Source: Burkholderiales bacterium
Lineage (GTDB): Bacteria; Pseudomonadota; Gammaproteobacteria; Burkholderiales; JAEUOS01
NCBI GenBank assembly: GCA_031362905.1
Contig: JANLTL010000498.1
Span: 1-36,691 of the forward strand
Direction: 5' to 3'
DNA: 36,691 bases
This document shows positions 17,374 to 25,763 of this stretch, in pieces (the stretch's first letter is position 1; each line of letters opens with the position of its first letter). The notes under the pieces were generated by a model. That model did not search any database. It was not told the DNA's origin and saw nothing but the letters and a program-made list of their open reading frames with translations. The translations under genes were made by a program, and so were the position numbers.

Positions 17374-18870
17374 TCACGCCGCCCAGGGGAGTGGTGCGAC
17401 ATTCATGCCCCAATAAAAACTTTTTTGTTCCATGTATTCGAGAATGCCCAGGCGCCCCTTCTCGCGGCCGATGCCGCTGTCGCGCCAGCCGCCAAATGGG
17501 GTCGCAATCGAGAACTGCTTATAGGTATTGATCCACACTGTGCCGGCCTGTACCGCCCGGCCGATGCGCCAGGCGCGCTTGTAGTCACGGCTCCAGATGC
17601 CGGCAGCGAGCGCATAGATGCTGTCGTTCGCCTGCGCCAGCAAATCGTCTTCGTCATCAAACGGCAAGGCCACGAGTACCGGGCCAAAAATCTCCTCACG
17701 GCAGATCGCGCTGTCGTTGGCCAGACCCTCAATGATGGTCGGCGAGTAATAGCTGCCGCCCTCAAACCCCTCGCCATCGGGGCGCACACCACCCGCGAGC
17801 AGGCGACCGCCATCGGCAAGGCCGCGCGCCACGTAGCGCTCAACGCTGTCGCGATGGGCGTGACTGACCAGCGGCCCCATTTGGGTACGCTCCGATACCG
17901 GATCGCCGACCCGCAGCGCTTTGGCACCCTGCACCAGCCGGGCCATGAATTCGTCGTAAAGCCTGCGTTGCACAAACAGCCGAGAGCCGGCGATGCAGGA
18001 TTCGCCGGACGAACTGAAAATCCCGTACAGCACGCCGGCCACGGCGTGATCGAGATCGCAATCATCGAACACCATGGTCGGTGACTTGCCACCGAGTTCG
18101 AGCGACACCGGCATCATCTTGTCGGCGGCCACATGCGCGATCTGGCGCCCGGTGGTGGTGCCACCGGTGAACGACACGCGGCGCACCAGCGGATGCTTGA
18201 CCAGGAGGTCGCCAATCACCGATCCTTTGCCGGGCAGCACGCTGATGATGCCCCTGGGCACGCCGGCCGCTTCGCAGATACGCGCCAGTTCGAGCGCCAG
18301 CAGCGGCGTGATCTCGGCCGGTTTGACCACCACCGCATTGCCAGCCGCCAGCGCCGGCGCCATCTTCTGCGCTTCGCTCGCCACCGGCGAAGTCCACGGC
18401 GTGATCGCGGCCACCACCCCCATCGGCTCATGCACGCTCATGGTGAGCTGATCGCCGCGCATCGGCGTCAACTGGTCTTCGAAGGTTTCGCAGGCGGAGG
18501 CAAAAAACTGGAACGTGCCGGCCGCACTGTCGACCAGTGCGCGCGTCTCGTTGATCGGCTTGCCGTTGTCGCGGCGCTGCCATTGCGCCAGGTCTTCACG
18601 CCGCGCGCGAATTTGCTCGGCTACGCGGAACAGCACGCGCGCGCGCTCATGCGCCTTGCGGCTGGCCCAATCGGTATTGTGAAACGCGTGGTCCGCACGC
18701 TCCACGGCTTCATTGGCGTCGGCGGCGCTGGCGGCGTGCAATTCGGCGCTGACGCTGCCATCGGCGGGATAAATGCTGGTGTAAGCGTGGCCGCGCCCGC
18801 GCCGCCATTCGCCGGCAACGCAAATCGATACATCGCGCAGTGGCAGGGATTGATGCAAGGGGTCGTTCAT
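17374..18870 (-). CDS. NAD(P)-dependent aldehyde dehydrogenase
   Basis: FTGG, LELGGKSP, GESCIAG, EEIFGPV, PFGG; PWN motif reads PWT. Confidence 0.95.
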   Translation of the reverse strand: MNDPLHQSLPLRDVSICVAGEWRRGRGHAYTSIYPADGSVSAELHAASAADANEAVERADHAFHNTDWASRKAHERARVLFRVAEQIRARREDLAQWQRRDNGKPINETRALVDSAAGTFQFFASACETFEDQLTPMRGDQLTMSVHEPMGVVAAITPWTSPVASEAQKMAPALAAGNAVVVKPAEITPLLALELARICEAAGVPRGIISVLPGKGSVIGDLLVKHPLVRRVSFTGGTTTGRQIAHVAADKMMPVSLELGGKSPTMVFDDCDLDHAVAGVLYGIFSSSGESCIAGSRLFVQRRLYDEFMARLVQGAKALRVGDPVSERTQMGPLVSHAHRDSVERYVARGLADGGRLLAGGVRPDGEGFEGGSYYSPTIIEGLANDSAICREEIFGPVLVALPFDDEDDLLAQANDSIYALAAGIWSRDYKRAWRIGRAVQAGTVWINTYKQFSIATPFGGWRDSGIGREKGRLGILEYMEQKSFYWGMNVAPLPWAA

Positions 18871-19721
18871 AGCGCAATCCGCCCAAAGCTGTTGTGGATG
18901 GCCCGCACGATGCTGTAGACAGTGAGGGCGGAGGTCTTGGGATTGGCGGCGAGGGGCTCGTTTTCCAGCGTCAGATCAAGACGCCCGAATGCGCCACTGG
19001 CGACGATGCGATGCACATTGCGCTGGACGCCAGGATCCGCGATGAGCGTGGCAGAAGTTTCGTCAAAGCCCAATCCGGCCAAGGCGACGGTGGCGGCGAC
19101 ATTGGCGTTTTTTGGATACAGGCGCGCGGCTTCGCGTGCACTGCCTTCGAAAATGATCACGGGCGCAGCCAGATTCGCCAGATCAAAGCGCGCTTCCGCT
19201 GGCGTGCCGCGCCATCCCGCTGGCGGTTTGCGACCCGTATATTGAACTTGCGACAGCCCGCCGAAGCGTGCGGCGGCGAGCGCGTCGATGCCGCCGATGG
19301 CACCGGACACCAGTTGCACGTGCGTGGCGCCCTGTGCGGCAGCATCGGACAAGCGCGCCAGAGCGGAGGCATCGTGCAGTGAGCCGATTGACGCCACCAC
19401 GGCTGGCACGCCGGCGCAGAGCGCGGGTATCACGTGATCGGTCACGGCTTGATGGCCGGCACATTCGACGACCAAATGCGGGCGCGACCGATCGTCAAGA
19501 GCGTCAAGAGCGCCAAGCGCAAGGCTGCTTGCGACCTGGGCTTGGGGCGCGAGGCTCGCACACAGCACGCGCACTGCCATCAATCCCGATTCGGGCACGA
19601 TCACCTGCGCAACCTGGACCAGGCTCTGCGCCTGCAACAGTTGCAGTACCGCAGTGCCAATCGCGCCGCAGCCAATCATGGCCAGGCGCGGCAGCGCCGC
19701 GTCTGCGCGGCATTGCGTCAT
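18867..19721 (-). CDS. nadX: L-aspartate dehydrogenase family protein
   Basis: GCGAIG, VECAG, SGAIGGID, YPKNANVAA, NVHRI, NPKTSALT. Confidence 0.9.
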   Translation of the reverse strand: MTQCRADAALPRLAMIGCGAIGTAVLQLLQAQSLVQVAQVIVPESGLMAVRVLCASLAPQAQVASSLALGALDALDDRSRPHLVVECAGHQAVTDHVIPALCAGVPAVVASIGSLHDASALARLSDAAAQGATHVQLVSGAIGGIDALAAARFGGLSQVQYTGRKPPAGWRGTPAEARFDLANLAAPVIIFEGSAREAARLYPKNANVAATVALAGLGFDETSATLIADPGVQRNVHRIVASGAFGRLDLTLENEPLAANPKTSALTVYSIVRAIHNSFGRIAL

Positions 19722-21370
19722 GCAGCCACCTTGACCGGCGGGCCGGCAAACGCAGTTTTGAAACTGCCAATGGCCAGCATATCGACTTCAAGCATTTTCG
19801 GCCCCGGCAGACGGCCCAGCTCATCCAATAGCCTGGCCGCCTCGCTCAGGCGGCTGACGCGGCGATGCTCGAATTGCAGCGAGTTCGCGAGCAAAGCGTA
19901 GTCGGGCGTGTGCAGGTCAGCGTACACGCGGCGACCACCGTACTGCGCATCCTGAATATTCTTGATGACGCCGTAGCTGCGATCATTCATCAAAACGATG
20001 GTGAAGTCAGCACGCTCCTGCACCGCGCACGCGAGTTCACCCAGATTGAGAATGAAGCCGCCATCACCGGCGAGCAGCAATGTGCGTTTGCCGGTGTTGC
20101 ATACGGCGGCACCAATGGCGGTGCCGATGCCCATGGCGAGCCCCAGGCCAATGCCGCCACCGAGCGCGTGCACGCCGGCACGCGCGTCGTGCAGACGCAG
20201 TTCGCGATTGCCCCAGGTACTGTTCGACACCGTGACATCGCGCACCCAGTTAAATTGGCTGCCCGCAGCGCCCTGCACGGCATCGACCAGCTCGGCATAC
20301 GGCCCCAGGCCTTCGCGCAAGGCGGCGACTGCCTTGACATGCGCGCTGCGCAGGTCAGCGGCGAAGGCTGGATCGATCTTCATGCGCCCTTCAAGCTGGT
20401 CGGCCAACGCCGTCAGGGCCAACGCGGCATCGCCCCAGACGAAATGGCGGCTGGCATAGCAGCGGCCATCGGCGCGCGCATCGGCGTCGATGCGGAAGCG
20501 CGCTTGCGGCAGTTTGAGCTGGTATTTGAGGGTCTCGTTGCCGCGCAGCCGCGAGCCGACGATCAGGACGGCGTCGCAGGTTTGATAGAACGCCTCGACG
20601 GGCGGCGCCACGTTGTAGGCGCCCAACGACAGTGGGTGGGTCTCAGCGACGATACCGCGGCCTTGCGTGCTGGTGACGACACCAAACCCCATCGCCACCA
20701 GGCGTGCCACCGCCGCCCCCGCGCCGCGCGCGCCGCCACCGAGCCACAGCAAGGGCCGGCGGGCGCCGGCGAGTGCCTCGGCCAACGCGTGCACGGCGCG
20801 CGGATCCGGCAGCACCGGCGCCACCGCCAGCGGCTCGAGGTCATCAGGCATGTCGATCAGCGCGGCTTGAATATCGATCGGCACTTCCACGCTCACCGGC
20901 CCGCTGGGCGCATGGAGTGCGGTATGCACCGCCTGCCTGAAGGTGGCCAGTGCGGTCTCGGCACTGCGTACCCGCCAGGCATTCTTGGAAATGGCCTTGA
21001 GCATGCGCAGTTGATCGGGGGCTTCGTGAATATAGGCGAGGTCCTGGTCGAGGTACGGTGTTTCAATCTGTCCGGTGATATGCAGCAGCGGCGTGCCGGC
21101 GGTGAGTGCTTCAACCATGCCACCAGCAGCATTGCCAGCGGCCGTGCCGGTGCTGGTGATGCACACGCCGAGCATGCCGGTGCTGCGCGCGCAGGCGTCC
21201 GCCATGCTGGTGGCCCCGGCTTCGCCACGCGCCGACACGAAGCGGATTGCGCCGCGTTCGGCAATCGCATCGAGGATCGGCATGTTGTGGATGGAAATGA
21301 CGCCAAACGCCGCCTTGACGCCGCAGCGTTCGAGAAAGGCGGCAATGACGTGACCGACGGTGACTTTCAT
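19718..21370 (-). CDS. thiamine diphosphate-dependent enzyme (acetolactate synthase-like decarboxylase)
   Basis: RGEAGA (conserved Glu), GDGGF..MNDRSYG ThDP/Mg motif. Confidence 0.93.
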   Translation of the reverse strand: MKVTVGHVIAAFLERCGVKAAFGVISIHNMPILDAIAERGAIRFVSARGEAGATSMADACARSTGMLGVCITSTGTAAGNAAGGMVEALTAGTPLLHITGQIETPYLDQDLAYIHEAPDQLRMLKAISKNAWRVRSAETALATFRQAVHTALHAPSGPVSVEVPIDIQAALIDMPDDLEPLAVAPVLPDPRAVHALAEALAGARRPLLWLGGGARGAGAAVARLVAMGFGVVTSTQGRGIVAETHPLSLGAYNVAPPVEAFYQTCDAVLIVGSRLRGNETLKYQLKLPQARFRIDADARADGRCYASRHFVWGDAALALTALADQLEGRMKIDPAFAADLRSAHVKAVAALREGLGPYAELVDAVQGAAGSQFNWVRDVTVSNSTWGNRELRLHDARAGVHALGGGIGLGLAMGIGTAIGAAVCNTGKRTLLLAGDGGFILNLGELACAVQERADFTIVLMNDRSYGVIKNIQDAQYGGRRVYADLHTPDYALLANSLQFEHRRVSRLSEAARLLDELGRLPGPKMLEVDMLAIGSFKTAFAGPPVKVAA

Positions 21371-21436
21371 GGGATGGCTTTCGAATCAGGGAACCAGGGA
21401 ACCAGCGAATCAGCGAAGCGGGACCGGACCAACAAA

Positions 21437-22234
21437 TCAGAGATGGCGCGCCAAACCGCCGGACACATCAATCTGGCTGCCGGTGGTATAGGACGATGCG
21501 GGGGTGGCGAGGTGAAAGATGGCGCGCGCGGCTTCATCCGGCGTGCCGAGGCGCTTGAGCGGGATGCCTTTGCGGGCTGCGAGCGCGCCGCTCCATTGCG
21601 CCCAGGTCAGGTCTGCGTCTTCGCGCTGTTCAAAGCGGCGGCGCCACTGGCCGGACTCGACCAGACCAATCAAGATCGCGTTGACGCGAACGCCTTTGGG
21701 TGCGAACTCGGCGGCCATCGAATGCATCAGGCTGAGCGCACCGGCACGTGCGGCCGATGTGGCGACCATGTGTGGTTCAGGCTGCAGGGCCAGCAGCGAG
21801 TTGACACACACCACGGCCGCATGCGGGCTGCGCTCCAGGTGCGGCAAGAACGCGCGGGTCGGGTAAACCAGAGAGAACAATTTGAGTTGCCATTCGTTGG
21901 CCCAGTCGGCATCACTGGTGGTGGCAAAGGTTGAAACCCGCCCCTGACCCGCGTTGTTGACGAGGATGTCGACACCGGCAAACCGTTCGGCGGCAGCAGC
22001 GGCGAACGCGCGCACTTGCGCGGCATCGAGCACATCGCAAGGCATGGCAAGCAGTCGCGCACCGGCGTGTGTGGCACGCAGGCTTGCTTCGGCCTCGCAC
22101 AGTCTTGCTTGATCGCGCCCACAAATCGCCACGGCCGCGCCGGCACGCAAGAACAGATCGGCTGTCGCCAGACCAATGCCTGAACTGCCGCCGGTAATGG
22201 CGCAGGTGCTGGCCGACAAGTCGATGGTCAGCAT
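21437..22234 (-). CDS. atypical SDR oxidoreductase, NADP(H)-type, lacking YxxxK
   Basis: TGGSSGIG, CGR, NNAG, TSAAR in place of YxxxK, RVN, RLGTPDE. Confidence 0.9.
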   Translation of the reverse strand: MLTIDLSASTCAITGGSSGIGLATADLFLRAGAAVAICGRDQARLCEAEASLRATHAGARLLAMPCDVLDAAQVRAFAAAAAERFAGVDILVNNAGQGRVSTFATTSDADWANEWQLKLFSLVYPTRAFLPHLERSPHAAVVCVNSLLALQPEPHMVATSAARAGALSLMHSMAAEFAPKGVRVNAILIGLVESGQWRRRFEQREDADLTWAQWSGALAARKGIPLKRLGTPDEAARAIFHLATPASSYTTGSQIDVSGGLARHL

Positions 22235-22241
22235 GGGCCCT

Positions 22242-23063
22242 TCACGCCTGGCGCAGCGCCACAGCCGGCGCTTCGTCGGCCTGCTGTTGATGAAAATTGA
22301 GCAGCGTCGAGAGTCGCGCGGCGGTGCCGCAGACCTGTGCCACCAGCGTGGCGCGCTTGTCCGTCGCCACTTCGGCACCAGGAACGGTCAAGCCGATCGC
22401 GGCAACGATATGCCCTTCCTGGTCGCGCACTGGCGCGGCGACGGTAGAGATATGCGGTTCAAAAAACGCCTCGGCCAACACCCAGCCGCGCTTGCGGATC
22501 TGCTGCACCATCTCGAACAGCGCGGCGGTATCAACCGGCGTACTGGCGCTGCGCGCTTCGAGCCTGGGTTCGGGGTAGAGTGCGCGCAAGGCACCGAGTG
22601 ACAAGTCGCCCAGCAGCACATGGCCAAACACGGTAGCGTGTGCAGGCAGGCGGGTGCCGACCGACACTGCGGTGGCAAACGGCGCGCGCGAGGGCGCGCG
22701 CTGCAGATAGACCACGTCCCGTACGTCGCGCACCACCAGGCTCGCCGCATAGCCAGTCTCGTCGCGCAGCGCTTCGATCAAGGGGCGGCCCAGTTCCACC
22801 ATGTCGAGCGAGGCCAGATATTCAAACCCCATGCGCAAAATGGCGAGGCCGAGCCGGTAAGAGCGGCCATCGGGTGTGCGCTCAACAAAGCCGAGGTTCT
22901 CCAGCGTCACCAGGAGCCGAAACACGGTGGAGCGCGGAATACCGAGACGCTGTGCCAGCTCGGGCGGCGACAACACCGGTTCACTGCGGGAAAACTCACC
23001 GAGCAGGCGCAGGCCGCGCTCGAGCCCCGGCACGGTGTAACGATCAGAATCGGTTTCGGCCAT
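22242..23063 (-). CDS. IclR family transcriptional regulator
   Basis: LERGLRLL, IPRSTVFRLLVTLE HTH, VGTRLPAHAT, VAAPVRD. Confidence 0.95.
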   Translation of the reverse strand: MAETDSDRYTVPGLERGLRLLGEFSRSEPVLSPPELAQRLGIPRSTVFRLLVTLENLGFVERTPDGRSYRLGLAILRMGFEYLASLDMVELGRPLIEALRDETGYAASLVVRDVRDVVYLQRAPSRAPFATAVSVGTRLPAHATVFGHVLLGDLSLGALRALYPEPRLEARSASTPVDTAALFEMVQQIRKRGWVLAEAFFEPHISTVAAPVRDQEGHIVAAIGLTVPGAEVATDKRATLVAQVCGTAARLSTLLNFHQQQADEAPAVALRQA

Positions 23064-23173
23064 GGTGAAAGGCGGTCTCGGAAAATAGCGGGCGTTGCGC
23101 GTTCAGAATCGGCAAGTCACGGCGGGCAGGAGCGTTGGGTTCGCGCCAACGGTGCGGCAGCCACGCCCAGAAC

Positions 23174-23701
23174 TCAGCGCTTGATCGAGGCCAGCGGATG
23201 ATCCGGCGGATAAGTTGGCGTAACCGGCTTGGCGGCGCCGAGCATGACGCACATCAGGACATCCTCTTCGCCGATGTTGATTTCGCCGCGATACACGCCG
23301 GGTGGAATCGAGATCAGGTCGCGCTCGCCCAACAGGGCTTCCCAGTACTGACCATCTTTTTCGCACATCACCTTGACCTTGCCGCGCATCACGAAGAACA
23401 CTTCTTCGACGTCGTTATGGATATGCATCGGCCCTTCATGGCCGGCCGGAATGATCATGGTCGAAAAGGTGAAGTGCTCGGAAGGTACGGAGCCGGCGTC
23501 CGCAGCGATGCCAGTGCCGCCGGTACCGAGATAGCGCATTTGCGCGCGCCGGTATTTGGGATCAAAGTCCGCCTGAAATTTGAGCGCGTTCCAGTCGTAA
23601 CGGCGCGTACTATGCAAGGCGCAGCGCGACTCCATCCATGCTGAGAAACTGACACCGTCGGGTTTAACCTGAGTGGGGATGGCGGGAGGGTTTTGCGTCA
23701 T
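23174..23701 (-). CDS. cupin domain protein
   Basis: PAGHEGPMHIHNDVEEVFFV (motif 1), DLISIPPGVYR (motif 2); AGGAGA RBS. Confidence 0.88.
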   Translation of the reverse strand: MTQNPPAIPTQVKPDGVSFSAWMESRCALHSTRRYDWNALKFQADFDPKYRRAQMRYLGTGGTGIAADAGSVPSEHFTFSTMIIPAGHEGPMHIHNDVEEVFFVMRGKVKVMCEKDGQYWEALLGERDLISIPPGVYRGEINIGEEDVLMCVMLGAAKPVTPTYPPDHPLASIKR

Positions 23702-23781
23702 GATGATCTCCTGAATGGGGAATCGGCTTGCGGCGTCGGATTGGGGCTTGGGCTTGAGGGTCTTTTTTGATTGATTAATAT

Positions 23782-23818
23782 TGATTTACTAATGATACAT
23801 TGATTCACATATAAACCA
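23782..23818. promoter_or_regulatory. tandem pair of 18-bp imperfect palindromes, putative IclR operator (left)
   Basis: TGATTTACTAATGATACA-T-TGATTCACATATAAACCA; 28/37 identical to 23959-23995. Confidence 0.65.
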
Positions 23819-23846
23819 TATTATTCCACACGATACAGTTTGTCAA
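23818..23846 (-). promoter_or_regulatory. sigma70 promoter of the leftward catabolic operon
   Basis: TTGACA (23846-23841), 17 bp spacer, TAATAT (23823-23818) on the minus strand. Confidence 0.7.
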
Positions 23847-23958
23847 GCCCCTGTCGGAACCACGTCGAGTTTCTGCACAATTCCCCGGCTGCTTGAACCA
23901 AGTGGCCAAAATGCCATAAGGATAAGGATGCACAATGGTACATAATCATGTGAGCATC

Positions 23959-23995
23959 TGGTTTTTTAATGAAACATTGTTTAATATATAGAACA
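23959..23995. promoter_or_regulatory. tandem pair of 18-bp imperfect palindromes, putative IclR operator (right)
   Basis: TGGTTTTTTAATGAAACA-T-TGTTTAATATATAGAACA, 22 bp before the SDR start. Confidence 0.65.
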
Positions 23996-24017
23996 ATAAA
24001 CTGCCAAGGTCCACAAT

Positions 24018-24788
24018 ATGCAAACTCCCCTGCCCTCTACCCTTCTTGCCGGCTATCGCATCCTGGTAACCGGTGGCGCCCGGGGACTGGGTTTTGCATT
24101 TGCCCGCGCGATTGCCTCACATGGCGCCTGTGTCGTGATCGCTGACGTGCTCACTGCCCTGGTAACAAGTGCTGCCGGCACACTGCGAGCCGAAGGCCTC
24201 GACGTGCAGGCCCTCCCCCTCGATCTCGAGAACGAAACCTCGACCCGCACCTGCGCGGCAGCCGCCATCAGTGCTCTCGGCGGTCTCGATGGCCTGGTCA
24301 ACAACGGCGCGATTACCAGTTCGGGCGGCCGCAGTGCACAGGAACTGGAGCCCGCCGTGTGGGACCGCGTGATGAACGTCAACGTGCGCGGCACCTGGCT
24401 GATGACCCGCGCCTGCACCGCCGCGCTGGGCCAGAGCGGCCGGGGTGCGGTCGTCAACCTCGCATCAGACACGCCTCTGTGGGGTGCGCCCAATCTGCTC
24501 GCCTATGTGGCCAGCAAAGGCGCCATCGTCGCGATGACACGCTCGCTGGCGCGCGAGTTGGGTGCCGATGGCATCACCGTCAACGCGGTTGCGCCCGGCC
24601 TCACTTTGGTCGAGGCCACCGAATACATACCCGAACACCGCCATCAGCTCTACCGCGGCATGCGCGCCCTGCAGCGCGACCAGTTGCCCGAAGATGTCTG
24701 CGGCGGCGTGGTGTTCTTGCTCAGCCCTCTATCCCGCTTTGTCACCGGCCAGCTATTGGCGGTGAACGGCGGCTTCGTGATGCACTGA
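24018..24788 (+). CDS. classical SDR oxidoreductase, NAD(H)-type
   Basis: TGGARGLG, VIAD (acidic residue at beta2), NNGA, LAS, YVASK, VNAVAPG. Confidence 0.93.
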   Translation: MQTPLPSTLLAGYRILVTGGARGLGFAFARAIASHGACVVIADVLTALVTSAAGTLRAEGLDVQALPLDLENETSTRTCAAAAISALGGLDGLVNNGAITSSGGRSAQELEPAVWDRVMNVNVRGTWLMTRACTAALGQSGRGAVVNLASDTPLWGAPNLLAYVASKGAIVAMTRSLARELGADGITVNAVAPGLTLVEATEYIPEHRHQLYRGMRALQRDQLPEDVCGGVVFLLSPLSRFVTGQLLAVNGGFVMH

Positions 24789-24792
24789 AACC

Positions 24793-25644
24793 ATGCGCCT
24801 CAACCGCTTACTCGAGCAGTATCCGCCGCGCACCGTGCAGGCGGCTGCGCGGCAACTCTCTTTTCGCAGCACTGAAGGTCGTGACAAGCGCACAGCGCCT
24901 ACCTTGGTATTGCTGCATGGCATCGGCACCGATTCGGCGTCATGGGTGCAGCAACTGGACGCATTCGCGCCGGTCTGCCGCGTGGTGGCGTGGGATGCAC
25001 CTGGCTACGCTGCATCCTCTCCCCTGCCCGGCGACGCCCCCACAGCGGCGGACTACGCCGAAGCATTGTTGGCGCTGCTGGACGCGCTGGACATATCCAG
25101 GGCCCTCCTGCTCGGCCAGTCACTGGGTGCGCTGATGGCCGCCTCCTTTGCGGCACGCTACCCCGATCGGATTGAAAAACTGGTGCTCACCGGTCCCGCT
25201 TCAGGCTACGCCAATGCCACCGCGGCCGAACGCGCCGAACGCCTCGACAAGCGCGTCAAACAAATGAATGAGCAAGGCCCGCAAGGCATGGCAGCCGCAC
25301 GCGGCGCCAACATGTTGTCGGAATTGGCGTCAGAAGAAGTACGCGACTTTCTCGGCGCATGCCAGGCGCGTCTCAACCCTGCGGGCTACCTTCAGGCCGC
25401 GCACATGCTCTCGGGCGCTGTCATCGCGCAAGACGCGGCGCGTTACAGCGCGCCGGTGCTGGTGTTGTCAGGCGCCGTCGACAAACTCACGCCGGAAGCC
25501 GGCTGCCGCGCCGTGGCGCAGGCGTTTCCGTGTGGCTTTTACCGTTCCCTGCCCGGCTTGGGTCACGGCGGCTATGTCGAGGATGCCACGCGGGTGAACA
25601 GCATTCTCGCAAGCTATCTGGGGCTCGCCTTGACGCAGGCCTGA
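24793..25644 (+). CDS. alpha/beta-fold hydrolase
   Basis: LLHGIG, WDAPGY, GQSLG nucleophile, VDKLTP, LGH. Confidence 0.92.
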   Translation: MRLNRLLEQYPPRTVQAAARQLSFRSTEGRDKRTAPTLVLLHGIGTDSASWVQQLDAFAPVCRVVAWDAPGYAASSPLPGDAPTAADYAEALLALLDALDISRALLLGQSLGALMAASFAARYPDRIEKLVLTGPASGYANATAAERAERLDKRVKQMNEQGPQGMAAARGANMLSELASEEVRDFLGACQARLNPAGYLQAAHMLSGAVIAQDAARYSAPVLVLSGAVDKLTPEAGCRAVAQAFPCGFYRSLPGLGHGGYVEDATRVNSILASYLGLALTQA

Positions 25645-25670
25645 GAAGCGCTCCCACCAAGGGTTTCAGG
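25638..25670 (-). repeat. copy of dispersed repeat family at operon end
   Basis: CCTGAAACCCTTGGTGGGAGCGCTTCTCAGGCC; 20 nt identical to 32455-32474, 22/23 to 32965-32987. Confidence 0.8.
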
Positions 25671-25763
25671 TTAGCGCCCGTTTGGTACCAGCGAGCCGGG
25701 GATTACAAAGCGCGCGCGTCGCGCTAAGATGTACCGGTCAAGACGCTCGAATGGAACCCTGCC

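Noticed and set aside
18867-19721. De novo NAD biosynthesis operon
   Set aside because: No nadA or nadC; gene is coupled to catabolic enzymes
12165-21934. Long plus-strand ORFs (12165-13706, 13999-14883, 19865-21934) and similar antisense ORFs elsewhere
   Set aside because: Shadow frames of well-supported minus-strand genes in GC-rich DNA; no motifs
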